From an uncultured Methanosarcinaceae archaeon (GTDB taxonomy: Archaea > Halobacteriota > Methanosarcinia > Methanosarcinales > Methanosarcinaceae): a stretch of 64,000 bases of DNA. The translations under genes were made by a program, and so were the position numbers. Position 1 is the first letter of the stretch; every line of letters starts with the position of its first letter. Positions 1 to 12,675 of this stretch are shown one piece after another. Where the stretch lies: assembly GCA_963733675.1 (NCBI GenBank), contig CAVTET010000004.1, positions 480,001-544,000 of the forward strand, written 5' to 3'. The notes under the pieces were generated by a model, which was not told where the DNA came from, ran no database searches, and saw only the letters and a program-made list of their open reading frames with translations.

Positions 1-176
1 TTTTTATTATCACATCAATCAGATTGTCACATCAATTAGCCATAGAAATAGACGTTACGTCAAAATTGACGAATCCAACTTATTTTGAGTAGATGGGAAA
101 TCACTGAGAATTTTTACAAGCTTCTCTGCATTTGAGTATTGGAAGGTTTGAAATACATTTACAATAAATTTTATTC

Positions 177-400
177 GTGAGAAATCTTACTTATTTTGTT
201 CTTTAAGAATTTTCAAAATGTTTTCAGTCAGTAGGAGACAAACTTGCTGAAATTGATTCTTGAATTGACTGGAAATCTTTTCATATCATTTTTGCGTCCA
301 TGCATTTGGACAAAACAGTTTTCTTGGGGAAGACCTGAAGCTGAAATAATCGTTATGTTAAAAATGCTTGTTTTACAGCAATTACATGGTTTTCTTTCAT
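177..400 (+). mobile_element. Degraded 5' part of an IS5-family transposase
   Basis: Broken frames read QSVGDKLAEIDS*IDWKSF...GRPEAEIIVMLKMLVLQQLHGFS, like the N-terminus of Methanosarcina IS5-type transposases; contains stops and frameshifts. Ends approximate. Confidence 0.7.
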
Positions 401-549
401 GTTAAATTAGAGAGTGTTTTTTATATCATGAGGATATTGGTGTTATGTTTTTACAGAAATATCCCATGAGATATTTCAGAAGAACCATTTATCTTATTAT
501 TTTAGCTCAAGTTAATTTGATTATCCTTTTGATTCAAAATGTCTATTAA

Positions 550-2178
<1,629 letters not shown>

Positions 2179-2832
2179 TTTAGGTTAATAAATAAATTAT
2201 CATACCCTTTTGGAAATTTTTGTCTCAATAATCACCTAAACCTTTGCCAAATTTTTTCATCCGGGATCTTGCTGGTGTACGCATGTGTAGAATTTGTTTG
2301 CTTTATTTGACAAGTGTTATTCATTGAAAGCTAGATTAATTTTCAAGCTAATTTCAAATTGAGAAAATAGATGACATTCTTGTGTACATCTGCATAAAGT
2401 GGGTTTCAGCTTCTATTCAAGTGAGGTATAAAAATTATTTAATGTGATTAAGTCATTGATTATGTAGGATTTGGATTAACCTCAATTATTGATTGGTAGT
2501 TTATAATGCATCTGTAAGCAATTTTTTGAAATCGTAGATTTATAGGATTTCTTTATGGAAAAGATAATCCAACTTATTGTGTAAATACTAATAGTTTATT
2601 GCTCTATCTTCTGAATTCTGTAGTATCATTGATATAATAATTTTACTCGATGATACAAACTATAACTATCAAGAGGTTTTTAATATTTAATTTCATGCTG
2701 CAATATCTTCTACCAGTTCGCTTGAATCTGCAACAAACTATCTAGGTTAAATAAAGAAATTAGCGAGAAATATTTGGGCAAGATTCCCACGGGATAAAAA
2801 TTAGAGGTGAATCTGAATACCTAATTATAGAG

Positions 2833-2851
2833 CTTCCTATAGCATAGGAAG
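2833..2851 (-). terminator. Short hairpin downstream of mch
   Basis: CTTCCTAT-agc-ATAGGAAG perfect 8-bp stem about 65 nt past the mch stop. Confidence 0.3.
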
Positions 2852-2915
2852 TAAATGGTAACAAAAAAGAATGAAAAAAAGAGAGTAATCTACATTTAAA
2901 ACAAGGCAAATGATT

Positions 2916-3881
2916 TTATATCTGTTTTATTCCAAAAGATTGAAACAATATTTCCGGGTAAATTCCGCCGCTAGAGACTGTTTTTTTACTATTAAGGTCG
3001 TTTACATTAAGTCTAGCAGGCGCAAAAATATCTTCATTAATCTTCAAAAAGTCAAACCTTGCTTCTTTGAATGTCTGATAAAATGGTTTTCCGAAATGGT
3101 GGGAATTTATGGAAGGTACCTTCTGTACGAATTCTTCAAGTTCAGCCAGTTCTCCGTTAAAGCACAATGTATAGTTTGTTTCGCCGCCGTAAATCACACA
3201 GTCATTGGTTGAACCCATACATTGAACATCGTTTCCTACGACTGGAGCAATGGGTGCAACGCCATATCCGCTCTTAATGCAATTGATGTTAAAGCCTATT
3301 GACTTAAATTTGCGGATTCCAGTTTCCAAGACACGGGCCGAGATTTGGACAGAACCAGCAATAGAGGCTGTAGGTGCAACTGCAATCATCACGTTTTCAG
3401 GGTCCACGTTGCAGTGTTTTGCAATGTACTCGACAACTCTTTCGTCAGGTAGCTTGTTGGATTCTATGAACAGAACTGCAGTTTGGAAGTCATCTTCATA
3501 TCTTATTTCTTCATAAAGTTCTCTGGGTTTTAACGCAAGTGCGCGCGCAGGACCCGAAACTATTCCTAAATAGTCTCCTACAGATATCTTCCATCCTGCG
3601 TACTGGGAAGCCATACAGGCAATCACCGAATTGTCAGTTGCTATCTGAATGGCAGGCCACTTGAGACCTTTCAGATCAAAGGTGGTATATTGTAGGTCAG
3701 CAAGGTCAGCCAGGCAGAGTCTTGCCAGGTACAGCCCAGCTTCATATCCACCATCTTCTTTAACTCCGCAATCAATAATTGTAGCCCCATTCTTGAGTTT
3801 TGTAACTTCGGTGTTCAGGTCTTCGCTCCAGTCGAGCATTTCTTCCATGACATATGATCCCATTTCGTTGACGCTTATCAA
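2916..3881 (-). CDS. mch: Methenyl-H4MPT/H4SPT cyclohydrolase
   Basis: 321 aa; MISVNEMG start, [43 protein letters not shown] and FAPA motifs. Confidence 0.97.
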   Translation of the reverse strand: MISVNEMGSYVMEEMLDWSEDLNTEVTKLKNGATIIDCGVKEDGGYEAGLYLARLCLADLADLQYTTFDLKGLKWPAIQIATDNSVIACMASQYAGWKISVGDYLGIVSGPARALALKPRELYEEIRYEDDFQTAVLFIESNKLPDERVVEYIAKHCNVDPENVMIAVAPTASIAGSVQISARVLETGIRKFKSIGFNINCIKSGYGVAPIAPVVGNDVQCMGSTNDCVIYGGETNYTLCFNGELAELEEFVQKVPSINSHHFGKPFYQTFKEARFDFLKINEDIFAPARLNVNDLNSKKTVSSGGIYPEILFQSFGIKQI

Positions 3882-4223
3882 GGTACCACCTTTATGGCTC
3901 TGGATGAACAGGAATAATGTTCTTAGTCAGGAAATTCTTTTTTAGCTGACTTTTTATCGTGAATAAGTGTTTTATATAGGTAGCCAGTTGCATTTGAATC
4001 AAGAATAATTCTTAATTATACTAGTTTATCAATCCAAATAAACGATTATTAATAGATAACCTTTGATAAGATGAATTTTTTTCAATCAAACAGGGTTAAA
4101 ATGACAATACTATTTATATATAATGGTGGCAGTGATGAGATTATTTCCAGGATTCTATATACTGATTATTTTCTGCAATTTGCTATCTCTAATAGAAGAG
4201 ATCTAAATAAAAATACTGTTATA

Positions 4224-5429
4224 TTATTCTAATTTTATTATGAAGATACGATCATTTCTTCTAACTATGCCCTCTACAGCAAGGCCTACTTCGACTCCTT
4301 TTTCAGCCGTTGTTAGGTATTTACCTTGCTTTTTCAGGGATTTCACTTGCTGCTTCAAATATGTTGTGCTTCCCTCAATTATTATTTCGTCTCCGATTTT
4401 TATCCCTTCTTCGAGAAGTTTTACTGCTGCAGCCATCTGTTTTGGATAATAGTTCACAACCACTCCCACAGCCAGACGTTTATTTCTGGAAGCATTCATA
4501 TCTTTTCCAGAAGAAAAATTATCGAAACCTGGAGACCCAAAGTAAAAGCCTGTAGAGAAGCCCCTATTGTAAACAGAGGCCAGTTCTAATTTCCAGACCT
4601 CTACTTTTTCCAGATCATAATTTCCTTCTCTAAAAGCTTCGATAGCCTCCCTATAGCAACGGGAGACAACTTCAAGATAACCTGGATCTCGCAATCGTCC
4701 TTCCACCTTAAAGGAATTTATTCCGGCTTTAATAAGTTCTGGAACGTACTCTATCATGCAGAGGTCTTTTGCACTGAGGAGGTATTTTCCCAGGCTCTTT
4801 GCAACAAATCCGTTTTCCCCATGAAGCTCCCATTTCCATCGGCATGGCTGGGTGCACTCACCGCAGTTTCCGGATTTCCCAAGCGCGTAAGCTGATAAAT
4901 GGCACCAACCTGAAATTGCCATGCACATTGCGCCATGGACAAAAGTCTCAATCTCTACTTCAGTTTTTTGAATTATTTTCGTTATCTCTTTAATAGAAAG
5001 TTCTCTTGAAAGTATGACGCGTTCTGCCCCCAGAGTTCTGTAAAATTCCGCCGTTTTGTGGTTCATAATATTCGCTTGTGTGGAGACGTGGACTTTAATT
5101 CCTGTGTCTCGTGCTTTCAGGATCACAGCCATGTCCCAAGCGATAATAGCATCTACACCTACCCTTGCAGCTGTAGTTACTACTTCCGATACATCCTCGA
5201 GACTATCCTCATTTACTGTCGAGTTTACAGCAAGATACGCTTTTAGCCCTCTAGCCTTCACTTCGCAAACAAAATTCCCCAAGTTTTCCAGCGTAATCTC
5301 TTTTGCTCTTGCTCTCAAGTTGAATTTGTCGATTGAAAAATAGACCGCATCCGCATAGAGAGAACAGGCTTTCAGACCTGCAAGGTTTCTGATACCCAGG
5401 ACGAGTTCAGGTTTTGAATTTTTACACAT
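4224..5429 (-). CDS. Peptidase U32 family Fe-S protein (RlhA/TrhP-like hydroxylation protein)
   Basis: ADAVY, HVSTQAN, RVILSRELS, FVHGAMC, CxxxC (CTQPC), LSAKDLC and FKVEGR motifs; start placed at MCKNSKPEL (ORF extends to 5456). Confidence 0.9.
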   Translation of the reverse strand: MCKNSKPELVLGIRNLAGLKACSLYADAVYFSIDKFNLRARAKEITLENLGNFVCEVKARGLKAYLAVNSTVNEDSLEDVSEVVTTAARVGVDAIIAWDMAVILKARDTGIKVHVSTQANIMNHKTAEFYRTLGAERVILSRELSIKEITKIIQKTEVEIETFVHGAMCMAISGWCHLSAYALGKSGNCGECTQPCRWKWELHGENGFVAKSLGKYLLSAKDLCMIEYVPELIKAGINSFKVEGRLRDPGYLEVVSRCYREAIEAFREGNYDLEKVEVWKLELASVYNRGFSTGFYFGSPGFDNFSSGKDMNASRNKRLAVGVVVNYYPKQMAAAVKLLEEGIKIGDEIIIEGSTTYLKQQVKSLKKQGKYLTTAEKGVEVGLAVEGIVRRNDRIFIIKLE

Positions 5430-5809
5430 GAAAACAAAAAATACCACAACTTTCATTTAAAAATATCTTATCGTTTCACACAATATTACAAATAAGGTAA
5501 AAAATGTCAACTCTCTACAATGAGTATATTTATACAAAGGTTAACAGTAACATTTATATAAGTTAAAAGCGTTTTCCAAAATGGGGACTAAGGCATATTA
5601 AAATAAGGGCTTCCTATACATAAACCGACATTCTGCAGATAGACATGGATAACTAATTTGTGTGCCTATTTGTCCATTATTAATAACTGGAAGTTAGAAT
5701 AATTTTATGTTTAGAGAGTAAATGGCATTCATGTGACATTGCAGAAAGTTGGAATTAATAAAACAAAAAAATAAAATTAATGTTATCGGAATTTAAATGG
5801 GGGAATTAA

Positions 5810-5953
5810 ATGGAGTATGAACTCGAAGAAGTCGAGAGAGATTATATAGAATTCAGAAAAGAACTGGGAGAAGAAGAATACAGATAGATTGAATATAGGA
5901 TAGTTAATAAATGGAAGATGGTTCTTCCAAGGATGAAATTAACAACTATATGA
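5810..5953 (+). CDS. Small unannotated ORF with an in-frame TAG (25 aa, or 47 aa if read through)
   Basis: GGGGGAATT RBS-like sequence then ATG 5810: MEYELEEVERDYIEFRKELGEEEYR*(TAG 5885)IEYRIVNKWKMVLPRMKLTTI, TGA 5951. Confidence 0.45.
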
Positions 5954-6199
5954 ATATTAAAAATATACAGTTTTATTTTTTTAGTTGAAAGGATATAAAT
6001 ACTGTGTTATATCACTTCATTTTTTCAATTTATATCAACAGAATCCATATATTATATGAGTGAGGTGTTTCTATCATAGAGAATTTCGATAAACCACAAA
6101 TTTTCATCATATGCTTATAAATAATATATATGACTCGTGAAAATTATGGTTATCTATTCGTGAAAACTATGGTTTATCTATAATTCTCTCAAATATTTC

Positions 6200-6378
6200 A
6201 AATTTATATCCTTTGAAATTTGTATGAGATACTGTTCTGAGTTTGCTTCAATCGGTAATGATAGTGATCATGTATATCTTTTAGTTGGTGATGAACCAAA
6301 ATATTATCCTTCAATAGTGACGCAGATTGTAAAAATTATCACAGAAAGAAAGATCTTTAAAAAAATAATCTGAGATCA
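6200..6378 (+). mobile_element. IS200/IS605 TnpA relic (middle part)
   Basis: Reads IGNDSDHVYLLVGDEPKYYPSIVTQIVKIITERKIFK, a degenerate HUH (DHVH) Y1 transposase. Confidence 0.75.
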
Positions 6379-6649
6379 ATTCGGCCCTTTCGCAAATTTG
6401 CAAGGGAACAGTAACTTCTAATATCAAGATACAACAATTGGAAAAAATTCATTCAAACTTCACAACTAAGAAGAAGACTGTCAAAACAACAAGTCGAAAA
6501 ATGCGGAAACTCTTTAAAAAACCGGAAATTGAATCAAGAACCCAAAATCAGCAAACTATTATATACATAGCCATAAACCTTACTGTTATTTCCATCGAAT
6601 TTGAGTTTCTTAACAGTTATATTTTTAATTTATTAAAAAAGGTGTGATA

Positions 6650-7498
6650 ATGCCTCATATAATGGAATTAATGGGAAAAACAAGAGTAATTGTAAAGGAT
6701 GGTAAAGTTATTGAAGTTGGACAGCCTGAGGTAGAATGGTGTCCTATATTTGCCAAGGTGCGTGGGATCCAGAGGATAACCTCTGAACAAGTAAGAAAAA
6801 ACGTGGAGTTAAGGATTAGTGACTTCGGGATGTTCACGTACAGTCGCAAGCTTGAGCTTGAGGATTTTGTGGGATTCGGAGCTTCCGAGGTTATGATGAC
6901 AGGTCTTCGAAGAGGTCTTCTTGATACGACTGTAACTGCTTGTGATGGAGCAGGAACTGTCATCTCCAAGAACCCCATTCTTGTTCAAGGAATGGGAGGT
7001 AGGATGTCTGGGCTTATCGAAACAGAGCCTATAGAAGGCGTCATCAGAGGCATCACAGAACGCGGCGGAATTGTACTTGATCCATCAACTGCAAAAATTG
7101 ATCCAGTTGCAGGAGTGAAAAAGGCGGCCGGAATAGGTTATAAAAACATTGCAGTAACTGTGACTTCCGCCGAAGTTGCAAAAGAATTACGGAAAATTGA
7201 AGCCGAACTTGGACTTGACCTGGTAATAATTGGTGTGCATGCCACAAGTATCAGCAAGGAAGAGGCTCTTACACTTATGAGAAATGTAGATATTACGACA
7301 AGTTGTGCCTCAAAATACATTAGAGAGCTTGTGAGGCCTTTAGCCCAGGTGGGAACTGCTGTTCCGCTCTTTGCCCTCACTCAGAAAGGGAAGGAACTTG
7401 TAATCGAAAGGGCTAAAGAAGTCAAGAATCCTATCTTGATCAATACAATGCCTCTGCCAACCTTGCCTGAGGAAAAACAACCAAAGGAACTGAAATAA
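6650..7498 (+). CDS. Methanogenesis marker protein 8 (DUF2099-like)
   Basis: HIMELMGKTRV, CP, DFGMFT, FGASE, CDGAGTVI, VQGMGGRMSGL and SCASK motifs; AGGTG RBS before ATG 6650. Confidence 0.88.
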   Translation: MPHIMELMGKTRVIVKDGKVIEVGQPEVEWCPIFAKVRGIQRITSEQVRKNVELRISDFGMFTYSRKLELEDFVGFGASEVMMTGLRRGLLDTTVTACDGAGTVISKNPILVQGMGGRMSGLIETEPIEGVIRGITERGGIVLDPSTAKIDPVAGVKKAAGIGYKNIAVTVTSAEVAKELRKIEAELGLDLVIIGVHATSISKEEALTLMRNVDITTSCASKYIRELVRPLAQVGTAVPLFALTQKGKELVIERAKEVKNPILINTMPLPTLPEEKQPKELK

Positions 7499-7749
7499 AA
7501 TAAATCAGAGCCTTTATCATATGAATTTTGATTCTTTCTCCAAGTAGAAGGCCAAAGCTTTTGGATTTCATATTTTAGGCTATGGAACTTTTATAAGAAT
7601 TAAAAATTTAAGTTACAGATTTTGCTAGCGTTTCTCCAATCAAAGTTGCTCTGGCCTACCTTGTTGCAAGCAAATGGGTATGTCTGTGCCACAGATATGG
7701 ACATGAAGGAAATTATTCAGAATAATAATTTGCTGATATGCTTCACTTT

Positions 7750-7931
7750 TCCCTAGTTCCCTTGATTTAAAATATCGTATTTAATTGCATTGGAAGTTGT
7801 GCCATCAACAACAGTTCTAATGTAACCGATATCGCTCCAAAACAGATTATTTTTTAAAGATCTTTCTTTCTGTGATAATTTTTACAATCTGCGTCATTAT
7901 TGAAGGGTAATATTTTGATTTTCACCAACTA
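7750..7931 (-). mobile_element. IS200/IS605 TnpA relic (middle plus C-terminal part), inverted relative to the 6200 copy
   Basis: 7843-7931 is the near-perfect reverse complement of 6282-6372; continues FWSDIGYIRTVVDGTTSNAIK...NQG. Confidence 0.75.
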
Positions 7932-8436
7932 CCATAAATAGCTATATTGTTTACAGATTTTGTTAATTATTACTTGAAAATCAATTAATATTTTTTCAGT
8001 AAAATAATAAACAAATATTTATTCCTTGATTTTGCAAGACGGCAAGTAGAATATACCTTTTAATATATCTCTTAGTTATGAATTTCTGTTTGATCGTATG
8101 TAACTGGTCACGGACTGGTTACTGTTTCTGATAAAAAAATCATAGGATTGATTTCACTTTTATCTCCAAGTGAGGAATAGATATCTAACTATTTTCTCAG
8201 GCGCGTGAATTCAGATGTAGGTATCCACCACCTTATACTCGTAAATATAACCTAAATATAGGACACTAATAGCTCAAGGTAAGGTTCTCATTTAATGATA
8301 ATGGAGTTTACTAGCTCACACAAAATCGATCAAAAAAAAATTTCAAGTTCAGATGTTTCCTGAAAGAAATTAACAATTTTTTGTACAGCAATGTAGAAAT
8401 AGATCTCAAATTTATCTGAAAAAAGTAAAAAGAACA

Positions 8437-10172
8437 TTATTGTTTTTCTTTATTAAGCTCCATCTGTGCCTCCAGCACCTGACGAACTACAATATCTACT
8501 GCATTTAAATCAGTCCACGGGCTTAAAATGAAGGATTTTATAGCTCCAATAGTAGAACAGTTAGGATAGTAAGGATTCCGATAAGCACAGGTCCATGAAA
8601 GGAGTACACCATCTCCATGCATAACCCGCTCATGGAAGTGATTGAAGATCTGGCGATTATAGGTGTTGTTCTTTTCCAGTTGTTCTCGGTAGTTTGCGTC
8701 ATTGAGTTCTCGCTGGAATGCGTCTTTTGCATCCACCTCTTCAGGGTAAACACGGAAGAGTGTGACTGGCCCATAATTGTAGTCATTAAGCACATGAATA
8801 AAAGGATCGGCCTCCAGCCGCTCGCGCAGCATCTCCGACATCTCCACTACATGCTCCAATCAAGACCTGATAGCCTTGCTTGCCGAACAGGCGTATATTG
8901 GCTAAAGCGGCTAATGCACCTGCTCCGGAGTGTGAACATTCAAGGGTATATATTCCTGGATGATAAGAGCCAAACTGGTAAAGATAAGGCATTTGTTCTG
9001 GGGCACGACTGAGGAGAGTGAGATCCTTCTTATTTTTGACAATAAAAGCACTTGTTATGTAGGGGCATAGACAGTCTTGTGAAAATCAATTCCCACGCTG
9101 TCTGCCATATGAAGACTTCTGATTCGTTCAATAGAATCTTTCAGTGAACGCAATGTACGTGCATGGAAACCAAGGGGATTGTTCGTAAAATCATAATCTT
9201 TGAACACAGCCCATACCCAACCTATGACTGCATCGGCATGAACATGAGGTGGATGCTCTAGTTTGTATTCTGCAGCTAACTGGTCTCTAAGTCGCACAAT
9301 AGCAGCCAGATCATCAATTCCAAAAGCATCAGTAGTACCTAAAGTGGCTACAATGGTTGTAATTTTCTCTTCTTTATCAAACGCTTGCCGCAGGTATTTT
9401 TCAAGATCTGTCAGTGACATTTCATTTTCGCGAGTGTGGATATCGACACCAGATTTTTTGTTCCGATCCCTAACCAACCTGCTACATTAAGTTTCGAATA
9501 ATGCGAGGAGTCTAAAGCTATAATCTTGACATCTTCGTGGATTCCTTCAATCATACTACGTCCACCGAACATCTTTTTAACCTCCAGTTTGCAGCCATAA
9601 AAAATAGTGCATGTACCTCCAAAAGTGAATAGACCACACGAGATCAATGGATCGTAACCAATTAGATCCGAGAGCATCGCTGTGCTCTAGATTTCAGCTT
9701 CAGCGAACCTGGCAGATAATTCGCCCTCTATGATGTTTGGATTATAGATTGCCGTAGCGATAAAAGCCAAAATGCTGGTTATTGATGAATGAGGAATAAC
9801 GTTAAGCTGCGTATTCGGATGTGCCCATACGATCATGTCTTTACAATAGTCTGCCAACAATTCGGTAACATTTTCCACTGAATCCATATCTTCTGGGAAG
9901 TTCATACCTCAAGCCTGTGTTTCCGGCTTCGTTCCAGGCAAAACTGGGAGCTTCTCTTTGGCAACATTATGAAAAGTATGCTCAGGGCATTTCCCTTGCT
10001 CAATCCCGAGTATAAGCACAGTGCCCTTCAAACAATCTACCTGGTCGAGAAAGTGAGAAATGGTATGAACTAAGTAGCCATCCATAATAGGAGTTGATAC
10101 TGGAGAGGGAAAATAGGTCTTCATTTTTTCTAGAATATCTGTATAATGTTGCTGCTTCAGGTTTCTTTTCAT
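8437..10172 (-). pseudogene. Group II PLP-dependent decarboxylase pseudogene
   Basis: Six consecutive fragments: YNPNI, GLFTFGGT, SHYS, ATLGTTDAFGIDD, HVHADAVIG, DFHKT (PLP lysine), TLECS, GPVTLFRV. In-frame TGA 9909, TAG 9687 and at least three frameshifts. Confidence 0.9.
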
Positions 10173-10379
10173 ATAATAACCCTCAAGAAATTTGTCTTGT
10201 TTAATACCAACTCGATAATGTTGTAATAACCCTTATCGCTAGAAGTATACCACATTTATGTGTGAATTGGTAAAATATCATATCACATGAGAATCAGAAA
10301 AATATTATGTGAGAGTCATTAACGAGTAGATGCTCAGATCCTGGCTGTCTCGTGGTCGAGCATAAGATTCAAGAGAATT

Positions 10380-10555
10380 CAAATCAGCAGCTTCAGATCT
10401 AACATCACTAGTTTCATCAGAGGGCAATTTAATTAAGTCGTTCAATGCCTGCTGCTTATCTGTCAATAATCGAAATTTATATTTTAATTGTTTTAATGCT
10501 CATCACGTTTTTCTGGTTCATTGCTAAGACATTGAGCGTGAATCTTCTCTTGGCA
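10380..10555 (-). pseudogene. HEAT-repeat protein N-terminal relic
   Basis: Frameshifted QEKIHAQCLSNEPE / ALKQLKYKFRLLTDKQQALNDLIKLPSDETSDVRSEAA, matching the Methanosarcina HEAT-repeat unit as I recall it. Confidence 0.6.
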
Positions 10556-10739
10556 TATCAACTGTCTGACATCACAAATTCAAATAAAATTTAAAGCTTA
10601 AAACAGTTTCTTTTTGGTTGTAGTTTAACTTGATTTTTGTTTAAGTCAAAACCCAAATTTTCCCAGAGTCTATTCACAAATCTAGACAATAAATCAGCTT
10701 CATGAAATCGGAGTTAGTAATATGATCTTATATTTGCAG

Positions 10740-11785
10740 TTAAGAACTATAATATTTTAGAATTTTTCTCATAACTGGAGTATTAAAATTTAACTTTCCT
10801 TCCCTTGCTTTTTTCTTCAGATAACTTAGTTCACTCCTGTGCGTGATCCCAATCTCCTTGGCTTTAGCAGGAGTTAAATTCAAAATAAATTCCCTCATCT
10901 TTTCAATATCCTGGTACATCTCAACATGATTGCTCTCAAGCTCCTGCATTACAATCTTGTTTGCTTCTTTACCGAGATACACACATCCTTTAGGCTTCAG
11001 ATGTATCCTTTGTAAAACTCCAATACCCCCTTCAAACTTGGCTTCAGGATGGTCTATGTAATCAAGGAACACATCACTTAATGGCTTCCAATATCCCCTT
11101 CCCTGAAGTGTATTTCCAGTATTGTAATCAATGAATTCTTTCTCAACCACTATCTGTGGATTTTTGTTGAAAGGAGCAATCGGTTTGATTTTCTCCAGGT
11201 CTATATGAATCTTGTCAGGATAGTTCTTGTTGATACCGCAAGCTTAGAAATAGTTGCATAGTTCTCATACTTCTCTAATACATCAGGTAACTCTTCAGGA
11301 TGGAAATGAACGTTGAGAATGTTTTCCCATAACCTCTTATGCCATTTGTCTGCTTCCTTCGGTTCTCTGCTAAATGGATTTGTGATATGTCCCAATTCAT
11401 GTAGCTTGTAGAACAGCTTCTTACCTCCAGGAATTGTGATTTTATTTCCATGTATATGAAACAAACAATATCTCTTAGAACTGATTCCATAAAATCAGAT
11501 ATCTTCCATGCCATTCTCTATTTCCAGAATCGGTTTATTGAAATCATAAGGATTCAGAGAATAAAAGAGATGGCTCAATTCATATGCGAGATGTGGAGGA
11601 ACAAATATTGAATCCGTATCCATGTAAGCATGTACCTCAGCCTTATCCATCACAAACTTCTCTGCAGTCACAAGTAAAAATCTAGCTCCTGCTGTAATAA
11701 TAGCCCAAATAACAGGATTAAAATATTCATTATGATCTTCATATTTTCCTTCAGACTCAAATTTTACATTACTGAATACGTCCAA
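10740..11785 (-). pseudogene. C-terminal half of a family B DNA polymerase of casposon type, fragmented
   Basis: YFNP..IITAGAR, YMDTDS (PolB motif C), GISSKRY, LGH, FIDY, YWKPLSDVFLDYIDH, YLGKEANK; internal stops; exonuclease and motif A/B region absent. Confidence 0.8.
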
Positions 11786-12675
11786 TTTTTTTCAATCTTT
11801 TGTACACAAAAACATGTGATATCTTGTTTCAGGTACAATTATCTGAATGCCACGTTTACATTTTATAGTACAAAAGTAGCTTAAAATATAACTTTGTTAG
11901 TTAATAACAACTCTCAGGAAATGTATATTCCCACATAAATCTGCGAAGTATTCGGCTAAAATAAAATGAATACTTTATGGATGTGGGAGATATCTTTAAA
12001 ATCAAATACAATAAACAAGAAAAAAATTGTGTCAAATACAGAACTTACTGGTAAAGTTTTTGAACCGGATTTCCGCAGAAAAAATGAGATCTAGATCGAG
12101 ATCTTCTATAATAATCACTAAAAAAAAATTATACTCTACAAATAAATGAACTATGGAAACAAAGGAAATATGAAAGAAAGGAAACAATGGCTCAATATTT
12201 TTTCCTTTTTTCCTCATTTTTCGTTGTTAGAGCTGGATTGAATTTTTTCTGCTCGAATAGAACATGAAGTGAGCCAGCTCATTCAAAATAGGATCTTATA
12301 TCAATATTATATTCAAAGCTGTGGGATATAATACGCTCGTAATTCATTTAAATTCAATCAAGGGTTTTTATGGATAGATCATTTTGCTCATTTATTCAAA
12401 GCTTATTACTATTACTAATCTAGTATTCTATCTGTTTTATATTATTTGTGAATATATTTGTAATTGTACTATTATACCAACCAAATATGCTCCTCTTCAA
12501 CCAAAAACAAGTTACCTGGATAATTTTTAAAAACAGTGTCTATGGAAGAATGAATATTGGAGGTGGATGAAAGGCTTCATTCGGGAATTACATACATATA
12601 TCCTTGAAAAATTCACAATCTCGAATATATAAAAAGAATGTTAAATAAAGTAGAATCAATGGGGGGATATATATA

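Noticed and set aside
6135-6180. 22-bp tandem duplication TCGTGAAAA.TATGGTT.ATCTA (similarly a 17-bp duplication at 43954-43987)
   Set aside because: Only two copies in decayed or intergenic DNA; most likely slippage with no evidence of function.
9687-9689. In-frame TAG in the decarboxylase as pyrrolysine
   Set aside because: The same gene also has an in-frame TGA and several frameshifts, so this is ordinary decay.
12567-12632. 21-aa ORF MKGFIRELHTYILEKFTISNI after GGAGGTG
   Set aside because: RBS-to-ATG spacing is only about 1 nt and the sequence has no distinguishing features; cannot be supported.
12661-12675. GGGGGGATATATATA as a casposon terminal inverted repeat
   Set aside because: It resembles recalled casposon ends but points away from the polB relic and has no inverted partner. 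It is better explained as the RBS of the 27-aa ORF.
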